A stretch of DNA of 57,586 nucleotides from Planctomycetota bacterium. GTDB taxonomy: Bacteria > Planctomycetota > SZUA-567 > H5-PLA8 > JBOHNC01. The stretch covers positions 1 to 57,586 of the forward strand of contig JBOHNC010000270.1 of NCBI GenBank assembly GCA_050730415.1, given 5' to 3'. Position numbers and translations under genes: made by a program. Shown here one piece after another: positions 37,044 to 47,394 of this stretch; position 1 is the first letter of the stretch; each line of letters begins with the position of its first letter. The notes below the pieces were generated by a model, which saw only the letters and a list, made by a program, of their open reading frames with translations, was not told the DNA's origin and did no database searches.

Positions 37044-40000
37044 CTACGGCTTCGGCGTGATCGTCACCTTCAGCCCGGCGGTCCAGATTTTGTAATCGTC
37101 GCAATAGTACTCGTAGGCCCGGCTGGCCGGCGCGGTGTAGGTCCCGGGGACGGCGGCGAGCACCGAAATCGGAATCACCGTCTGCTGCCCCGCCGGCAGC
37201 GACCGCCAATACAGGACGACCTCCCGCCCGCGCACTTCGTAGGCGTCGATGGTCCCCGCCTTGACCAGCTCCTTCAGTTGATCGTGTCGCGGTTCCAGCC
37301 CGGCCGGAATTCCGATGATCGCGATCGGCGACGCCGCCGGCTTCTGACTGCGATTGGTCACCGTCGCCTTGACCACCGCCGCGTCTCCCTCGGAAACCTT
37401 CGTGGCATTCAGTTCGGTGCTCAGGTCCAGCCGGCAGTGTGGCGAGGAATCCGGGCGGCTCGACGCGCAGGTCACCGTCAGGCAGTAGGGTAGCGCCGAC
37501 CCGTTCTGCATCTGCACCCCGACTGTGTGCGACCCGGCCGTCATCAGCGGCGCGAAATCGGGCAGCGCGATCGCACCCTGCGTGGCCGCCGTGAAGGCCA
37601 CCGGCGCACCGACTGGCTTTCCGTCGATCACCAGTTGCAGCGAACCGTCCGCGACCGGATGCGCCGCCGCACGGTCGTGGGCGATGATCGCCTTCAGTGC
37701 CAGCACCGTGCTCTGCGTCGAACCGTACCGCCCGTCCTTGCAGGCCGCGTTCAGGAACCCGATGGATTGCTCCACCTGCCCCGCGAAATCCGGATCGCGC
37801 AGCCAGCCCAGCACCGCCAGCGCCGTCGTTTCGATGTCCAGCGTCTCGCCCCGGCTGCCGACAATCGAGGCCGTCGATCCCGCGATCGCGCCCTTGACCG
37901 TCCCCTTTTCGTCCTGGCGCTCGGCCAGCTTCTGCATCAGCGCATGCGCCGCCGCTTTGTCGCCCGCCAGCGACATCACATTCGCGCCCAGCGCCCACAC
38001 ATAGCTGTTGTCGCTGGCGGCGGACGCCGTCTTGAAGCTCGCAATTTCCTTCTCCAGCCCGGTCGCGCCGCATTCAAGCAGCGACCAGAGAATGTAGCCG
38101 TTCGAGCAATCCTGGTCCTCGATCCAGCAGTGCAGCGCGCGCCGCCGACGGTAGAACCCGCCCTTGCCGTCGCGCTGCTTCATGAGCCAGGCGCGCGTCC
38201 GCGCCACCATCGCCGCGTCGACCTTGTGCACCTTCTCCATGTCGTTGAATTCCATCAGCCCGTAGGCGGTCAGCGCCTCGTGGCCGGGGCTTTCGCCGAA
38301 CCATTCGTAGCCGTGCGTCGAACATTCGAATCCGGTCAGCCGCTGGTAGCCGTGGTCGAGCTTCTCCTGGACGTTCGCCACCGCCGACGGGTCGGCATTG
38401 GTGTGCGACATGAAATATTGCTCCGCCATCGTCATCGGGTAGTTCGTCGACGAAGTCTGTTCGAAGCAGCCGCATGGTTCCTGGATCAGCCGTTCCATCG
38501 CCTGGTTCAAGTTCCCCAACGGCGTGGCGTACAGCACCAGCTTGGTCTTCACGCTGCCGGGCACGAATTCCTCGGGAATCGTGACCGTCTTTTCGAACGC
38601 CCCGTTCGGCGCCAGCGTGCCGCCGGAAGATAGTTCCAGCGGGAAACCCAGCGGCTCAATCGCCACCGACCGGCTGACGCTGTCGCGGTAGGCGCCGGCA
38701 TCGGCGCGGAAGGTCAGCGCCTTCGTGCCGAAATCGCTCCCGGCGGTCAGGTCGATCAGCCGCCGCACCCGGCCGTGCGCGGCCAGGTCCAACGTCTCCG
38801 CCGCCGCCGCCGCCGCATCGGCGTGCAGCCCGTTCAAGTCCATCGTGAAGGCCACCTTCGCCAGCGCCGCGTCGGTGCCGTTGACGAAACTCACCGGCAG
38901 TTGCACCACGTCGCCCGCCGTCAGTTCCAGCGGCAGCTTCGGCTCGATGTAAAACGGCTTCACCGATTGGATCGACAGGTCGGCCTGCCCCAGCGCGCCG
39001 TCGGCCGCGACACCGTCGGCGAAAACATGGAAGGTCGTCACCGCATCGTTCAAGTCGAACGAAACGCTCGCCTTCCCGGTCGTCGGATCGGTGGTGACGC
39101 CGGCGTTCCAGTACACCGTCTCGGTGAAGTCCCGCCGTTCATCGGGATTCGCATGCGCCGCCTCGACGTGCGCGTACTCGCGGACGTAGTACGGGCGCAG
39201 GCGGGCCATGCAGGCCGCCGCGGGCACGGGATTCTGCGCCTGCTCCTGCCGGGCAGCCTGCATTTTGTCCGCGCGGTCTGCCTCCAGCGCACCCGTCGGC
39301 TTCTCGTCCTTGATCCGCATCACCGGTTGCTGCTGCAGGTTGTTTTCCGGCCCGTTGACGACCGGCGCCAGCGCCGGCGTCGGGACGACTCCTGCCTTCT
39401 CGATCGCTGGCCGTACCCCGCCCCCAACGCGCCCCGGCGCGCCATCCGCCAAGGCCTCATTGGCCCCCAAGGCCTGTTCCGGCGGCGGCGGACAGGGATG
39501 CACAATTGCCAGCGCCCGGTCGCCGGCATCGCCCTGGTCATTTTCGAACTTCGCCGCATCCACCAGCGCAAACCGCCGCCAGCCCTGCGTGCCCAGCAGC
39601 AAATCCAGATCGCGTGTCGAGCTCACACCGTTGTCCTTCAGGTACACCCCGCTGTCGGCCAGCTCCCGCACCTCCGGTTCCAGCAGCGCCATCGCCGCCA
39701 GCCGCGGCGGCCGGTCGCGTTGCTCCAGCATCTTCAACACGCTGTCGTCGCTCACCGTCAGCCCGACCGTCGCGCCCACCGGCTTGCCGTCCTGCGTGGT
39801 GGTGATCGTCACGGTCGCCTTCGCGCCCGGCACGCTTTCGCTGCGATCGGTGGACAGGTGAATCTCCAAATCCTTCGCGGGCCGCCGGAAAATCAGCCGC
39901 TCCGCGCACGGATGGTGCGCGGCGTCGAACACCGTCACCGTCAGCACCCCGTCCAGTCCCGCCGGCGCCTTCAGCGTCGCCAGTTTGCAGCCGGCCCACG

Positions 40001-41228
40001 GACCGGAATCCGCCGCCGCGGGCGCTCCCGCCAGCAGGAACTGGTCGTCCAGTTGCACTGCCCGCTTCGACAGCCGCACTTCGGCCGCGGCGCCCGGATT
40101 GCCGCCCACCGCCACTTCAATCGGCTCGTCGGCCGCGTAGCTTTCCTTCAAGGCATGCAGCACCAGTCCCTGCAGCTTGTCGGCCGAGACCGTCGCCGGA
40201 GTGGTCAGCCCCGGCGGTTGCGTGATATGCAGCGTGTAGCCGCCGGCCGCCACCTGCGGGATCACGAACGATCCGCGCCCTTCGTGTTCGGTCCGGAAGT
40301 TCGCCACCGCCACGCCCTGCGCATTGAGAACCTCGCCGGCGATGTCCGCCGGCTTGCCGTTTTTGCGCCGCGCTTCAAAGTAGACATCCCCCGGCAGCCC
40401 GACCACCAGGTCGCCGCCTTCCGGATAGACCGCCACATCGACCGTCGACAGCAGAATCGGAATGCTCTTGCCGGTCGATTCGACCACGCCGCCGTCTTCG
40501 ACGGTCATCGCCAGCGTGCCGTCCCCGGACACGATTTTGGCCGGCAGCGCGAATCGCGCCGTACACCGGCCGTCGCTCGAAAGCGCCAGGGTTTGCGTCG
40601 CCACGGTGACCCCGTCCACGACCGCCTGCGCGGTGACTTTGGCGCCGGCGGGGATCCCGCCTTCCGCTCGCGTGGCCTGTAAGGTCGCCGTCACCGTGTC
40701 GCCCGGCGCGTAGCCGTCGCGCAAAAAGACGATCTCAGTTTTCAGCCGCGGCACCCGGTACGCCCGCACGTCGAACTTCCGTGTCGCCGCCGGGTAGCCG
40801 GCATACGGATAGGACACCCGCAGCGTGTATTCACCGCCGGCCTGCCCTTCGGGAATCTCCCATTCCGTGCCGAACGTCCCGTGATCGGTCTGAGACGATC
40901 CGGTGTAGACCACCGCGCCCTTGGGGTCGCGGATTTCGAGCTGGGCCAGGACCGAATGATCCGCCGCCAGCGGTTGCCGGGTGTAGGCCTGCAAGAGCAT
41001 CCCCCGGACGTAGACATTTTCGCCCTCGCGGTAGATCGGTTTGTCGGTGCTCAGCGCCGTCAGGTAGGCGTCCGCGTCGCGTGCCGCCGCAACCGAACTC
41101 GGCGCGGCCCCAGTCGGCGCATCGGCGCGCGACCGCCCCGCCAGCGTCCACGAGATCGCGCCCACCAGCCCGGCGGCCAGCGCCGACCGCCACACGGGAA
41201 AATTACGCCGTTTTGCCGCGGGTGCCAT
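37044..41228 (-). CDS. alpha-2-macroglobulin family protein (thioester-containing, secreted)
   Basis: About 1394 aa from ATG 41228 (MAPAAKRRNFPVWRSALAAGLVGAISWTLAGRSRADA, signal peptide without a lipobox). MG-domain-like repeats are present. The thioester motif context is QEPCGCFEQTSSTNYP (C-x-E-Q). Confidence 0.9.
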   Translation of the reverse strand: MAPAAKRRNFPVWRSALAAGLVGAISWTLAGRSRADAPTGAAPSSVAAARDADAYLTALSTDKPIYREGENVYVRGMLLQAYTRQPLAADHSVLAQLEIRDPKGAVVYTGSSQTDHGTFGTEWEIPEGQAGGEYTLRVSYPYAGYPAATRKFDVRAYRVPRLKTEIVFLRDGYAPGDTVTATLQATRAEGGIPAGAKVTAQAVVDGVTVATQTLALSSDGRCTARFALPAKIVSGDGTLAMTVEDGGVVESTGKSIPILLSTVDVAVYPEGGDLVVGLPGDVYFEARRKNGKPADIAGEVLNAQGVAVANFRTEHEGRGSFVIPQVAAGGYTLHITQPPGLTTPATVSADKLQGLVLHALKESYAADEPIEVAVGGNPGAAAEVRLSKRAVQLDDQFLLAGAPAAADSGPWAGCKLATLKAPAGLDGVLTVTVFDAAHHPCAERLIFRRPAKDLEIHLSTDRSESVPGAKATVTITTTQDGKPVGATVGLTVSDDSVLKMLEQRDRPPRLAAMALLEPEVRELADSGVYLKDNGVSSTRDLDLLLGTQGWRRFALVDAAKFENDQGDAGDRALAIVHPCPPPPEQALGANEALADGAPGRVGGGVRPAIEKAGVVPTPALAPVVNGPENNLQQQPVMRIKDEKPTGALEADRADKMQAARQEQAQNPVPAAACMARLRPYYVREYAHVEAAHANPDERRDFTETVYWNAGVTTDPTTGKASVSFDLNDAVTTFHVFADGVAADGALGQADLSIQSVKPFYIEPKLPLELTAGDVVQLPVSFVNGTDAALAKVAFTMDLNGLHADAAAAAAETLDLAAHGRVRRLIDLTAGSDFGTKALTFRADAGAYRDSVSRSVAIEPLGFPLELSSGGTLAPNGAFEKTVTIPEEFVPGSVKTKLVLYATPLGNLNQAMERLIQEPCGCFEQTSSTNYPMTMAEQYFMSHTNADPSAVANVQEKLDHGYQRLTGFECSTHGYEWFGESPGHEALTAYGLMEFNDMEKVHKVDAAMVARTRAWLMKQRDGKGGFYRRRRALHCWIEDQDCSNGYILWSLLECGATGLEKEIASFKTASAASDNSYVWALGANVMSLAGDKAAAHALMQKLAERQDEKGTVKGAIAGSTASIVGSRGETLDIETTALAVLGWLRDPDFAGQVEQSIGFLNAACKDGRYGSTQSTVLALKAIIAHDRAAAHPVADGSLQLVIDGKPVGAPVAFTAATQGAIALPDFAPLMTAGSHTVGVQMQNGSALPYCLTVTCASSRPDSSPHCRLDLSTELNATKVSEGDAAVVKATVTNRSQKPAASPIAIIGIPAGLEPRHDQLKELVKAGTIDAYEVRGREVVLYWRSLPAGQQTVIPISVLAAVPGTYTAPASRAYEYYCDDYKIWTAGLKVTITPKP

Positions 41229-41546
41229 GGTTGAGTTCTCCTTTTTCGCTCGCCGTGCGTGAGCCGTTCCCACTGCCCTGCCGCCGCATTGGACGCACGT
41301 CGCGCGAAAAAGTTGCGCTCATTTCGATATCCCGCATATTCCCCTCGCGAAGCTTCGGGACCGCCGACCTCGCGTCGGCTCCCCATTGCTGTCTGAATCC
41401 ACGGTAGGAACGCCATCCGCATAGGTGGCACGGGCCTCCGGTCCGTGGGTAAAAGTGCCGGCGTAGCCGGCGCCGCTACAGGATTCTCAGTTCGTTTTCC
41501 GCACCTGACAAACCCCGCGCTGCAAGCGTGGCGCTCCCGGGCAGCG

Positions 41547-42260
41547 CTATTTTTGAGCGCCGGCGGCACGCAGCAGTTCCGCGATTTTCTCGTTCTGCGT
41601 CATCGCGGCCATTTGCAGCGGGCTGACCCCGTCATGGTCGGGCAGCGACGGATCGGCTTGGTGTTTGAGCAGCAGTTCGACCATTGGCGTCAGGCCTTCC
41701 TGGACGGCCAGGAACAGAGCCGTTCGGCCGCCGGCATCGCGAGCGTTGATGTGCGAGCCGTGGTCGATCAGATAGTCGGCGACCGCGGCGTGGCTGTAGC
41801 GGATCGCGGCGTGCAGCGCAGTCCCGCCGATGCGGTGGACACGATTCGGGTCCGCGCCGTATTGCAGAAGAACTTTGACGGCTTCCAACTGGCCGGCGGC
41901 GGCCGCCCAGTGGATCGGCGTGGCGTTCATGTCGATGGTGAGGTTGGCGCGGCTGGGGTCCTGTTTGAGCAACCGGATGAGTTCGGGGATGTTGCCTTCC
42001 TTGGCGGCGATGTGGGTCGGGCTGTCCTTGGCCGATTCCAGCGAATGCAGAATCAGCGCGCAGGCGCCAATGAGCGCCAGCAGGACCGCAAACACGGCGA
42101 TCCAGACGCGGTTGCGCGGCCGACGGTTCGGGTGCGCGGCGGCGGCCGCTGCCGCGGGAGCGGCCGCAGATGAGGCGGCGGCGGGGGCGCCGACGGTGTC
42201 AGCGATGGGCGGAGCGGAACTCGACACGACGATGGGGCCTCGGCGGGAAACGATGTCCAA
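41547..42260 (-). CDS. TM-anchored ankyrin-repeat protein
   Basis: 237 aa. Ala-rich N-terminus and TM (VWIAVFAVLLALIGACALIL). About 4 ANK repeats (TPIHWAAAAGQLEAVKVLLQYGADPN; GRTALFLAVQEGLTPMVELLLKHQADP). Confidence 0.85.
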   Translation of the reverse strand: MDIVSRRGPIVVSSSAPPIADTVGAPAAASSAAAPAAAAAAAHPNRRPRNRVWIAVFAVLLALIGACALILHSLESAKDSPTHIAAKEGNIPELIRLLKQDPSRANLTIDMNATPIHWAAAAGQLEAVKVLLQYGADPNRVHRIGGTALHAAIRYSHAAVADYLIDHGSHINARDAGGRTALFLAVQEGLTPMVELLLKHQADPSLPDHDGVSPLQMAAMTQNEKIAELLRAAGAQK

Positions 42261-42353
42261 ACACTATACCACGTCGAGCACGGGGTGGCGGCGGGCGTTG
42301 GGATATAATGGCCGCCGCAGGCTGCTACAACCCGTTGGAATGAAGAACGCACG

Positions 42354-43457
42354 ATGCAAGCCCGGTCCCGTATTATTCTGGTGGCAGCGGCGGCGGTGGC
42401 GTTGGGCGTGGCGGTCCTGACGGCAGCGGCGTTCGCGGTGGCTCCGGCGCTGGACGCTGGCGGCACGGCGGGCGGGCCGGACATCATCGGCGGGCCGGGG
42501 ACCGCGCCGGGGCGATTTTTCCGTCCGCGCGGACTGACCAGCGACGCGGCCGGGGACATCTACAACGTCGATCAGACCGGACATATTCAGGTATTCTCGC
42601 CCGCGGGCAAGGTGCTCCGGGACTGGATGATGCCGGCGGTGAGCGTCGGGAAACCGGAAGGGCTGGCCATCGACCTCGACGGCAATCTGCTGGTGGCCGA
42701 CACGCACTACTCGCGGGTGATCCGCTTTTCGCCCGAGGGGCAGGAACTCAAGCGCTGGGGGCATTACGGTGTGGGGCCCGGGCAGTTTACCTATCCCCTC
42801 GCGGTGGCGGTGGATCGCAATTCGGGGCGGATCTACGTGAGCGAATACGGGCAGAACAACGATCGGGTGCAGATTTTCACGCGCGACGGGGAGTACCTCA
42901 AGGGCTGGGGCAGTTTCGGCACGGCGCCGGGGCAGTTCCGGCGGCCGTCGGGCTTGGCGATCGGGCCGGACGGCAATATCTACGTGGCCGATGCGGTGAA
43001 TCACCGGGTGCAGGTGTTCACCAGCGAGGGAATCTTCGTGCGGACGTGGGGACACTTCGGGTCGGGCGTGGGGGAGCTGGAATATCCCTACGATGTGGCG
43101 GTGTCGCCGGCCAATGTCGTGTTCGTTTGCGAGTTCGGCAACAACCGGATTCAGGCCTTCACGCCGCTGGGGCAGTCGCTGGGGTGGGTCGGCGGGACCG
43201 GCGCGCGGCCGGGGCAACTGGCGACGCCGTGGTGTGTCACGCTCGAGCCCAAACCGGCCGGCGACGGGAAGATCGACTGGTGGGTGGTGGTGGCGGACAC
43301 GGTCAACCAGCGGCTGTGCCGCTGGCCGGTGGCCGACGTGCTGAAACAGGGCGCGCAGGTGCTGGCCAGGCAATCCGGCGCTGCGGGGACGGCGGCGGCA
43401 ACGGCGACAGCGGGGCGGCGCCCGCGCGCAGGCTCTCCATCGGGAGGGCCGCGGTAG
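42354..43457 (+). CDS. NHL-repeat beta-propeller protein (secreted)
   Basis: 367 aa with a signal peptide. Repeated NHL units (GQFTYPLAVAVD, GQFRRPSGLAIGPDGNIYVADAVNHRVQVF, GELEYPYDVAVS). The stop lies 1 bp before the next gene's ATG. Confidence 0.85.
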   Translation: MQARSRIILVAAAAVALGVAVLTAAAFAVAPALDAGGTAGGPDIIGGPGTAPGRFFRPRGLTSDAAGDIYNVDQTGHIQVFSPAGKVLRDWMMPAVSVGKPEGLAIDLDGNLLVADTHYSRVIRFSPEGQELKRWGHYGVGPGQFTYPLAVAVDRNSGRIYVSEYGQNNDRVQIFTRDGEYLKGWGSFGTAPGQFRRPSGLAIGPDGNIYVADAVNHRVQVFTSEGIFVRTWGHFGSGVGELEYPYDVAVSPANVVFVCEFGNNRIQAFTPLGQSLGWVGGTGARPGQLATPWCVTLEPKPAGDGKIDWWVVVADTVNQRLCRWPVADVLKQGAQVLARQSGAAGTAAATATAGRRPRAGSPSGGPR

Positions 43458-43458
43458 C

Positions 43459-46400
43459 ATGAGCGAGTTCAAGAAACTCTTTGACCCCACCGGACGGCAG
43501 GCGCGCAGCGGCTGGCGAGCGCATCCGTGGCGGCTGGCCGGGTGGATTTTTCTGGCGCTCTTTTTCGCCTACGTGACCATCGCCACGGTGCGCTATCTGG
43601 CCTGGAACGAAGAAGACGGGCTGATGCGCTGGTTCGACGACATCGCCAGCCGGCCGCTGGGGCCCTTCCAGTTTGCTTCGCCGCGCTGGCTGCTGTGGCT
43701 GGTGCCGACCTGGATTCTGTGCATCCTGATCACCCGCTTCAGCGTGGCGGGGTTGAAAATCTGGCGGCGGCGCTTCGTGCTGGCCGTGCGCCTGACGGTG
43801 ATCACGCTGGCGATTCTGATTCTGGCCGAGCTCCAATGGGTGACTTACTCCAATGCGCTGTCGGTGATGTTCGTCATCGACCACAGCCGCAGCGTGCCGG
43901 AGAAACTCCAGAACCAGGCGCTGGCCTGGGTGAAAAAAGCAGTGACCACCAAGGAACCTGACGACCGGGCGGGCCTGATGTATTTCGGCGGACAGGCCTA
44001 CCCGATGACCGACCTGGTGAAACTGTTTTCGGTCAACGAGCGGACACAGGGGGACGTGGAGGCCGACCAGACCGACATCGCGCGGGCGATTCAGCGGGCC
44101 GGATCGATGTTCCCGCGCGGCGCCCGGCGACGCATCGTGGTGTTCACCGACGGCCGCGAGACGGAAGGCGACGTCCTCGACCAGATCAAGCAGATCCAGA
44201 GCGAAAACGTGCGCATCGATGTGGTGCCGCTGGTGCACCCGATGGAAGGGGAGATCATCGCGGAGAAGCTCGAGATGCCGTCGGTGGTGAAATCCGATGC
44301 GCCCTTCGACGCCGAACTGTATGTGACAGCCTACCAGGACTGCGACGCCAAAGTTCTGGTTCAATTGAAGACCAACGAGGGCCATTCGGAGGACCTCGGC
44401 TCGATGACCGTGCACCTGCAAAAGGGCGCCAACCGGCTGGAAATCCCCAACCTGCGCAACACATATCCCGGCTTTTACAACTACGAAGCCACGGTCATCC
44501 CGCTGAAGCCGAGCGACGACACGATCGCCGAAAACAACACGGTGTACGGTTCGACGCAAATCCGTGGCAAAAGCAAGGTGCTGATCCTGGTGGGCCAGAC
44601 CGAAGTGAACGGGCAGTGGAAGCCGGAAAACGTAACGCCGCTCACCGATGCGCTCAAGGCAGAGGGCATTTTCTTCGACGTGCGCTACGCGGGGGACAAC
44701 ATCGGCGCGCACATGCCACGGACCATCGACGACCTGCAGTTTTTCGACTGCATCGTCCTGGCCAACATATCGAAGGAGGACCTGGGCGACGAGGCCATGA
44801 AGGCGATGAAGACCGCCGTCAACGACCTCGGCGTGGGGCTGATCATGCTGGGGGGCAAGGATTCCTTCGGCGCGGGCGGGTACCTGCACACGCCGGTCGA
44901 GGACGTGCTGCCGGTCAGTTGCGAGACGCAGGACAAGAAAGTTCTGCTCAACGGCGCGCTGGTGATCATATTGCACACCTGCGAGTTCGAGCAGGGGAAC
45001 ATGTGGGCGGTCAAGATCGCCAACGTCACGGTGGACACGCTGTCGAACGGCGACTACTTCGGCGCCATGGACTACGACTGGGGGTCGGGCGCCGGCTGGA
45101 TTTGGAAACTCTCGCAGCTCACCAACAAAGCGACGGTGAAGGCGGCGATCAAGAAATCCGATCCCGGCGACATGCCGGATTTCGACGGGATCATCAGCCA
45201 GGCCGACCAGGCGCTGGCCAAAATCGGTTCGGTGGGCGCCAAGCGGATCATCGTGATTTCCGACGGCGATCCGACCCCGCCGCTGCCAAGCACCATCCAA
45301 TCGCTGGTGTCCCACCAGATCGCGCTGTCGTTCGTGGGAATCAACCCGCACGGCGGTACGGAAATCAGCAACATGCAGGCGGTCAGCAAGCTGACCAAGG
45401 GCAACTATTATTTCTGCCAGGACCCGGAGCACCTGCCGCGGATTTTCCAGCACGAGGCCGCGATCGTCCGCAAAAAACTGATCGTGGAATCGGCCTCGGG
45501 GTTCCAGCCCGAACGCACCGACAGCCTGGACCCGGCACGCTTGGTGGAAGGGTTCACCAGCTTTCCCAAAGTGTACGGATTGAACCGGACGATGCGGCGG
45601 GACCTCGCCGACAACGCCTCGGTGCTTTTGCAGGTGAAGATCAACGACAAGGAAACCCTGCCATTGTTGGCCTACCGCCGGGTGGGGCTGGGCAAGACGG
45701 TGGCGTTTACATCGGACCTCAGCGACTACTGGGGCGCGGACTGGATCGCGCAGAACTTCCACCAGAAACTGTGGAGCCAGATCGTGCGGAAGGTTTCGCG
45801 CGCGGCGTCGACCGGGACGCATTCGGTGCGGCTGACGCAGAAGGACGGCAAGTGCATCGTGGACGTGGAGGTGCGCGACAAGAACGGCGATTTCGTGAAC
45901 TACGCCAAGGCGAGCGGCTCGGTGCTGGACCCGGATTTGAATCCGATCCCGGTGCAGTTCCGCCAGGACGGAGCCGGTTCCTACACGACCGAATTTCCGA
46001 TGACCAAGACCGGCACCTACCGAGTGTATACGCAGGTGCTTTCTCAGGAGGGGACCTCGTCGTCGCTGACCGGCACATCGTATTCCTACTCGGCGGAATT
46101 CCGCGACCTGGAGGTGAACGAGAAAAAATTGGAAGACATGGCGAAACTGGGGAACGGTCGGGAGCTGTCGCTGAGCATTTCGCCGGAAAAGGCCGGCGTG
46201 TTCGACCGCACGGGCATGCCCAAGGGCGAGGACGTGAAGGATCTGAAAGACGATTTATTGTGGCTGCTGATCGTGCTGGTGCTGGGGGACGTGTTTTTCC
46301 GCCGGGTGTACCTCGATTTCGATTCCTTCGCGGTCTGGGGCCTGGTGCAGGCAGCGAAGGTGCTGCCGTTCCTGCGCGGCTGGGCGCAGATGTCGCTCAA

Positions 46401-46725
46401 GCGGCTGGACACGCTCACGCCGGCTTTGCAGGCGGCGCGCGAGCACCTGGACGACCAACAGAAGGCGGCGCAGGCCGCGCGGCGGCAGGCGATCCTGGAG
46501 AAAATCGAGAAGGAAGGCGGCAGCGGCGATTTCAATCTCGACATGGACGCGCATGGCCAAGGCGGGCTGGGCACGATCTCCGGCCCGCAGATGGACACCA
46601 AAGTCAAAAAAGGCGGCGAGAAACCGGCCCAGTCGGCCTCGGAGTACACCAACCGCCTGCTGGCAGCCAAACGGCGGGCGAAAAAAGATTTGGACGACCA
46701 AAGCGGCGGCGGAACACCACGCTAA
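43459..46725 (+). CDS. BatA-like N-terminal TM / double VWA-domain large membrane protein
   Basis: 1088 aa. BatA-type N-terminus FASPRWLLWL between TM helices. VWA MIDAS MFVIDHSRSV, then a second VWA-like RIIVISDGDPTPP. It has a late TM (LLWLLIVLVLGDVFF) and a Lys/Gln-rich tail. Confidence 0.85.
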   Translation: MSEFKKLFDPTGRQARSGWRAHPWRLAGWIFLALFFAYVTIATVRYLAWNEEDGLMRWFDDIASRPLGPFQFASPRWLLWLVPTWILCILITRFSVAGLKIWRRRFVLAVRLTVITLAILILAELQWVTYSNALSVMFVIDHSRSVPEKLQNQALAWVKKAVTTKEPDDRAGLMYFGGQAYPMTDLVKLFSVNERTQGDVEADQTDIARAIQRAGSMFPRGARRRIVVFTDGRETEGDVLDQIKQIQSENVRIDVVPLVHPMEGEIIAEKLEMPSVVKSDAPFDAELYVTAYQDCDAKVLVQLKTNEGHSEDLGSMTVHLQKGANRLEIPNLRNTYPGFYNYEATVIPLKPSDDTIAENNTVYGSTQIRGKSKVLILVGQTEVNGQWKPENVTPLTDALKAEGIFFDVRYAGDNIGAHMPRTIDDLQFFDCIVLANISKEDLGDEAMKAMKTAVNDLGVGLIMLGGKDSFGAGGYLHTPVEDVLPVSCETQDKKVLLNGALVIILHTCEFEQGNMWAVKIANVTVDTLSNGDYFGAMDYDWGSGAGWIWKLSQLTNKATVKAAIKKSDPGDMPDFDGIISQADQALAKIGSVGAKRIIVISDGDPTPPLPSTIQSLVSHQIALSFVGINPHGGTEISNMQAVSKLTKGNYYFCQDPEHLPRIFQHEAAIVRKKLIVESASGFQPERTDSLDPARLVEGFTSFPKVYGLNRTMRRDLADNASVLLQVKINDKETLPLLAYRRVGLGKTVAFTSDLSDYWGADWIAQNFHQKLWSQIVRKVSRAASTGTHSVRLTQKDGKCIVDVEVRDKNGDFVNYAKASGSVLDPDLNPIPVQFRQDGAGSYTTEFPMTKTGTYRVYTQVLSQEGTSSSLTGTSYSYSAEFRDLEVNEKKLEDMAKLGNGRELSLSISPEKAGVFDRTGMPKGEDVKDLKDDLLWLLIVLVLGDVFFRRVYLDFDSFAVWGLVQAAKVLPFLRGWAQMSLKRLDTLTPALQAAREHLDDQQKAAQAARRQAILEKIEKEGGSGDFNLDMDAHGQGGLGTISGPQMDTKVKKGGEKPAQSASEYTNRLLAAKRRAKKDLDDQSGGGTPR

Positions 46726-46895
46726 GCGGTCTTGCAGAAGTAAATTGAACATGCCCAAGCTCCCGCCGCGCACGCAGAAAATGCGTAGGGAGTGCGGCGG
46801 TTTGACGCCGCCTTTCTTATATGAATCTCAGATTGTTTACCGTAACTTTTTCAGTCCTGCCACACTTGAGCTTTCCCTGCCTTTTCTGCCGTCCG

Positions 46896-46963
46896 TTTCT
46901 TGGCCCCCCCTCTCAAAAAGGGGGCCGCCTGTCGGTAGCCGTGGCTGTAAACCCACGGAAGGG
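46896..46963 (+). repeat. two-hairpin intergenic module (family E)
   Basis: GGCCCCCCC-loop-GGGGGCC is followed by TAGCCGTGG-loop-CCCACGG. Related copies are at 41-104 (reverse strand: GGCCCC-gtaa-GGGGCC ... TAGCCGTGGGT-cgaatg-ACCCGCGG) and at 28944-29016 (GCCCCC-gaat-GGGGGC ... TAGCCGTGGGT...ACCCACGG). Confidence 0.7.
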
Positions 46964-47226
46964 TGTGTCGTGCCGCGGCCTCCGCACCACGACACACCCA
47001 AAGCGTTCTTCCGCGCGATCCGAAGCAGTCAGTGCGCCACCGACGTCCCTCCGCGCGGAACCGCACCCTGCGCCAAATCGTTCATACTCCCTCCGGTTCT
47101 TTCCCAACAAACACAGGGACCGGATCGAATTTGTCGTAGGATTCCCCCCCGCCGGAACAAAGAAGACTAACTGAAATTCGTATTACATGGAATGCGGCGG
47201 CTGGGCGCCGCCTTTCTCAGGCGCGG

Positions 47227-47394
47227 CTAGTGGCTCTTCAAGATTCAATTTGGCGATGGCGGGGAGGAAGCCCCCCTGGGAGCGCCGGTGTTCACACCGG
47301 CTCCTGGCTCGGCCTGGGACCGCCGGGTCTTCAGACCGGCTCTTGGCTTTGTCTTCTCCCCGCACCCCTGAATTCAATCTTGAAGCTCCACTAG
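47227..47394 (+). repeat. 168-bp inverted-repeat element, copy 2 (family A)
   Basis: The arms are CTAGTGGCTCTTCAAGATTCAAT ... ATTCAATCTTGAAGCTCCACTAG. The core matches copy 1 except for a 2-bp indel (cacacacc versus cacacc) and a few substitutions. Confidence 0.85.

Noticed and set aside
38775-40682. A 635-aa plus-strand ORF, plus the 348-aa minus-strand ORF at 37027-38073.
   Set aside because: These are shadow frames of the alpha-2-macroglobulin gene.
43303-45822. An 839-aa ORF on the minus strand.
   Set aside because: It is entirely antisense to the 1088-aa VWA gene. The translation is Arg/Gly/Pro/His-rich with no motifs. This is a typical stop-codon-poor shadow frame in high-GC DNA.
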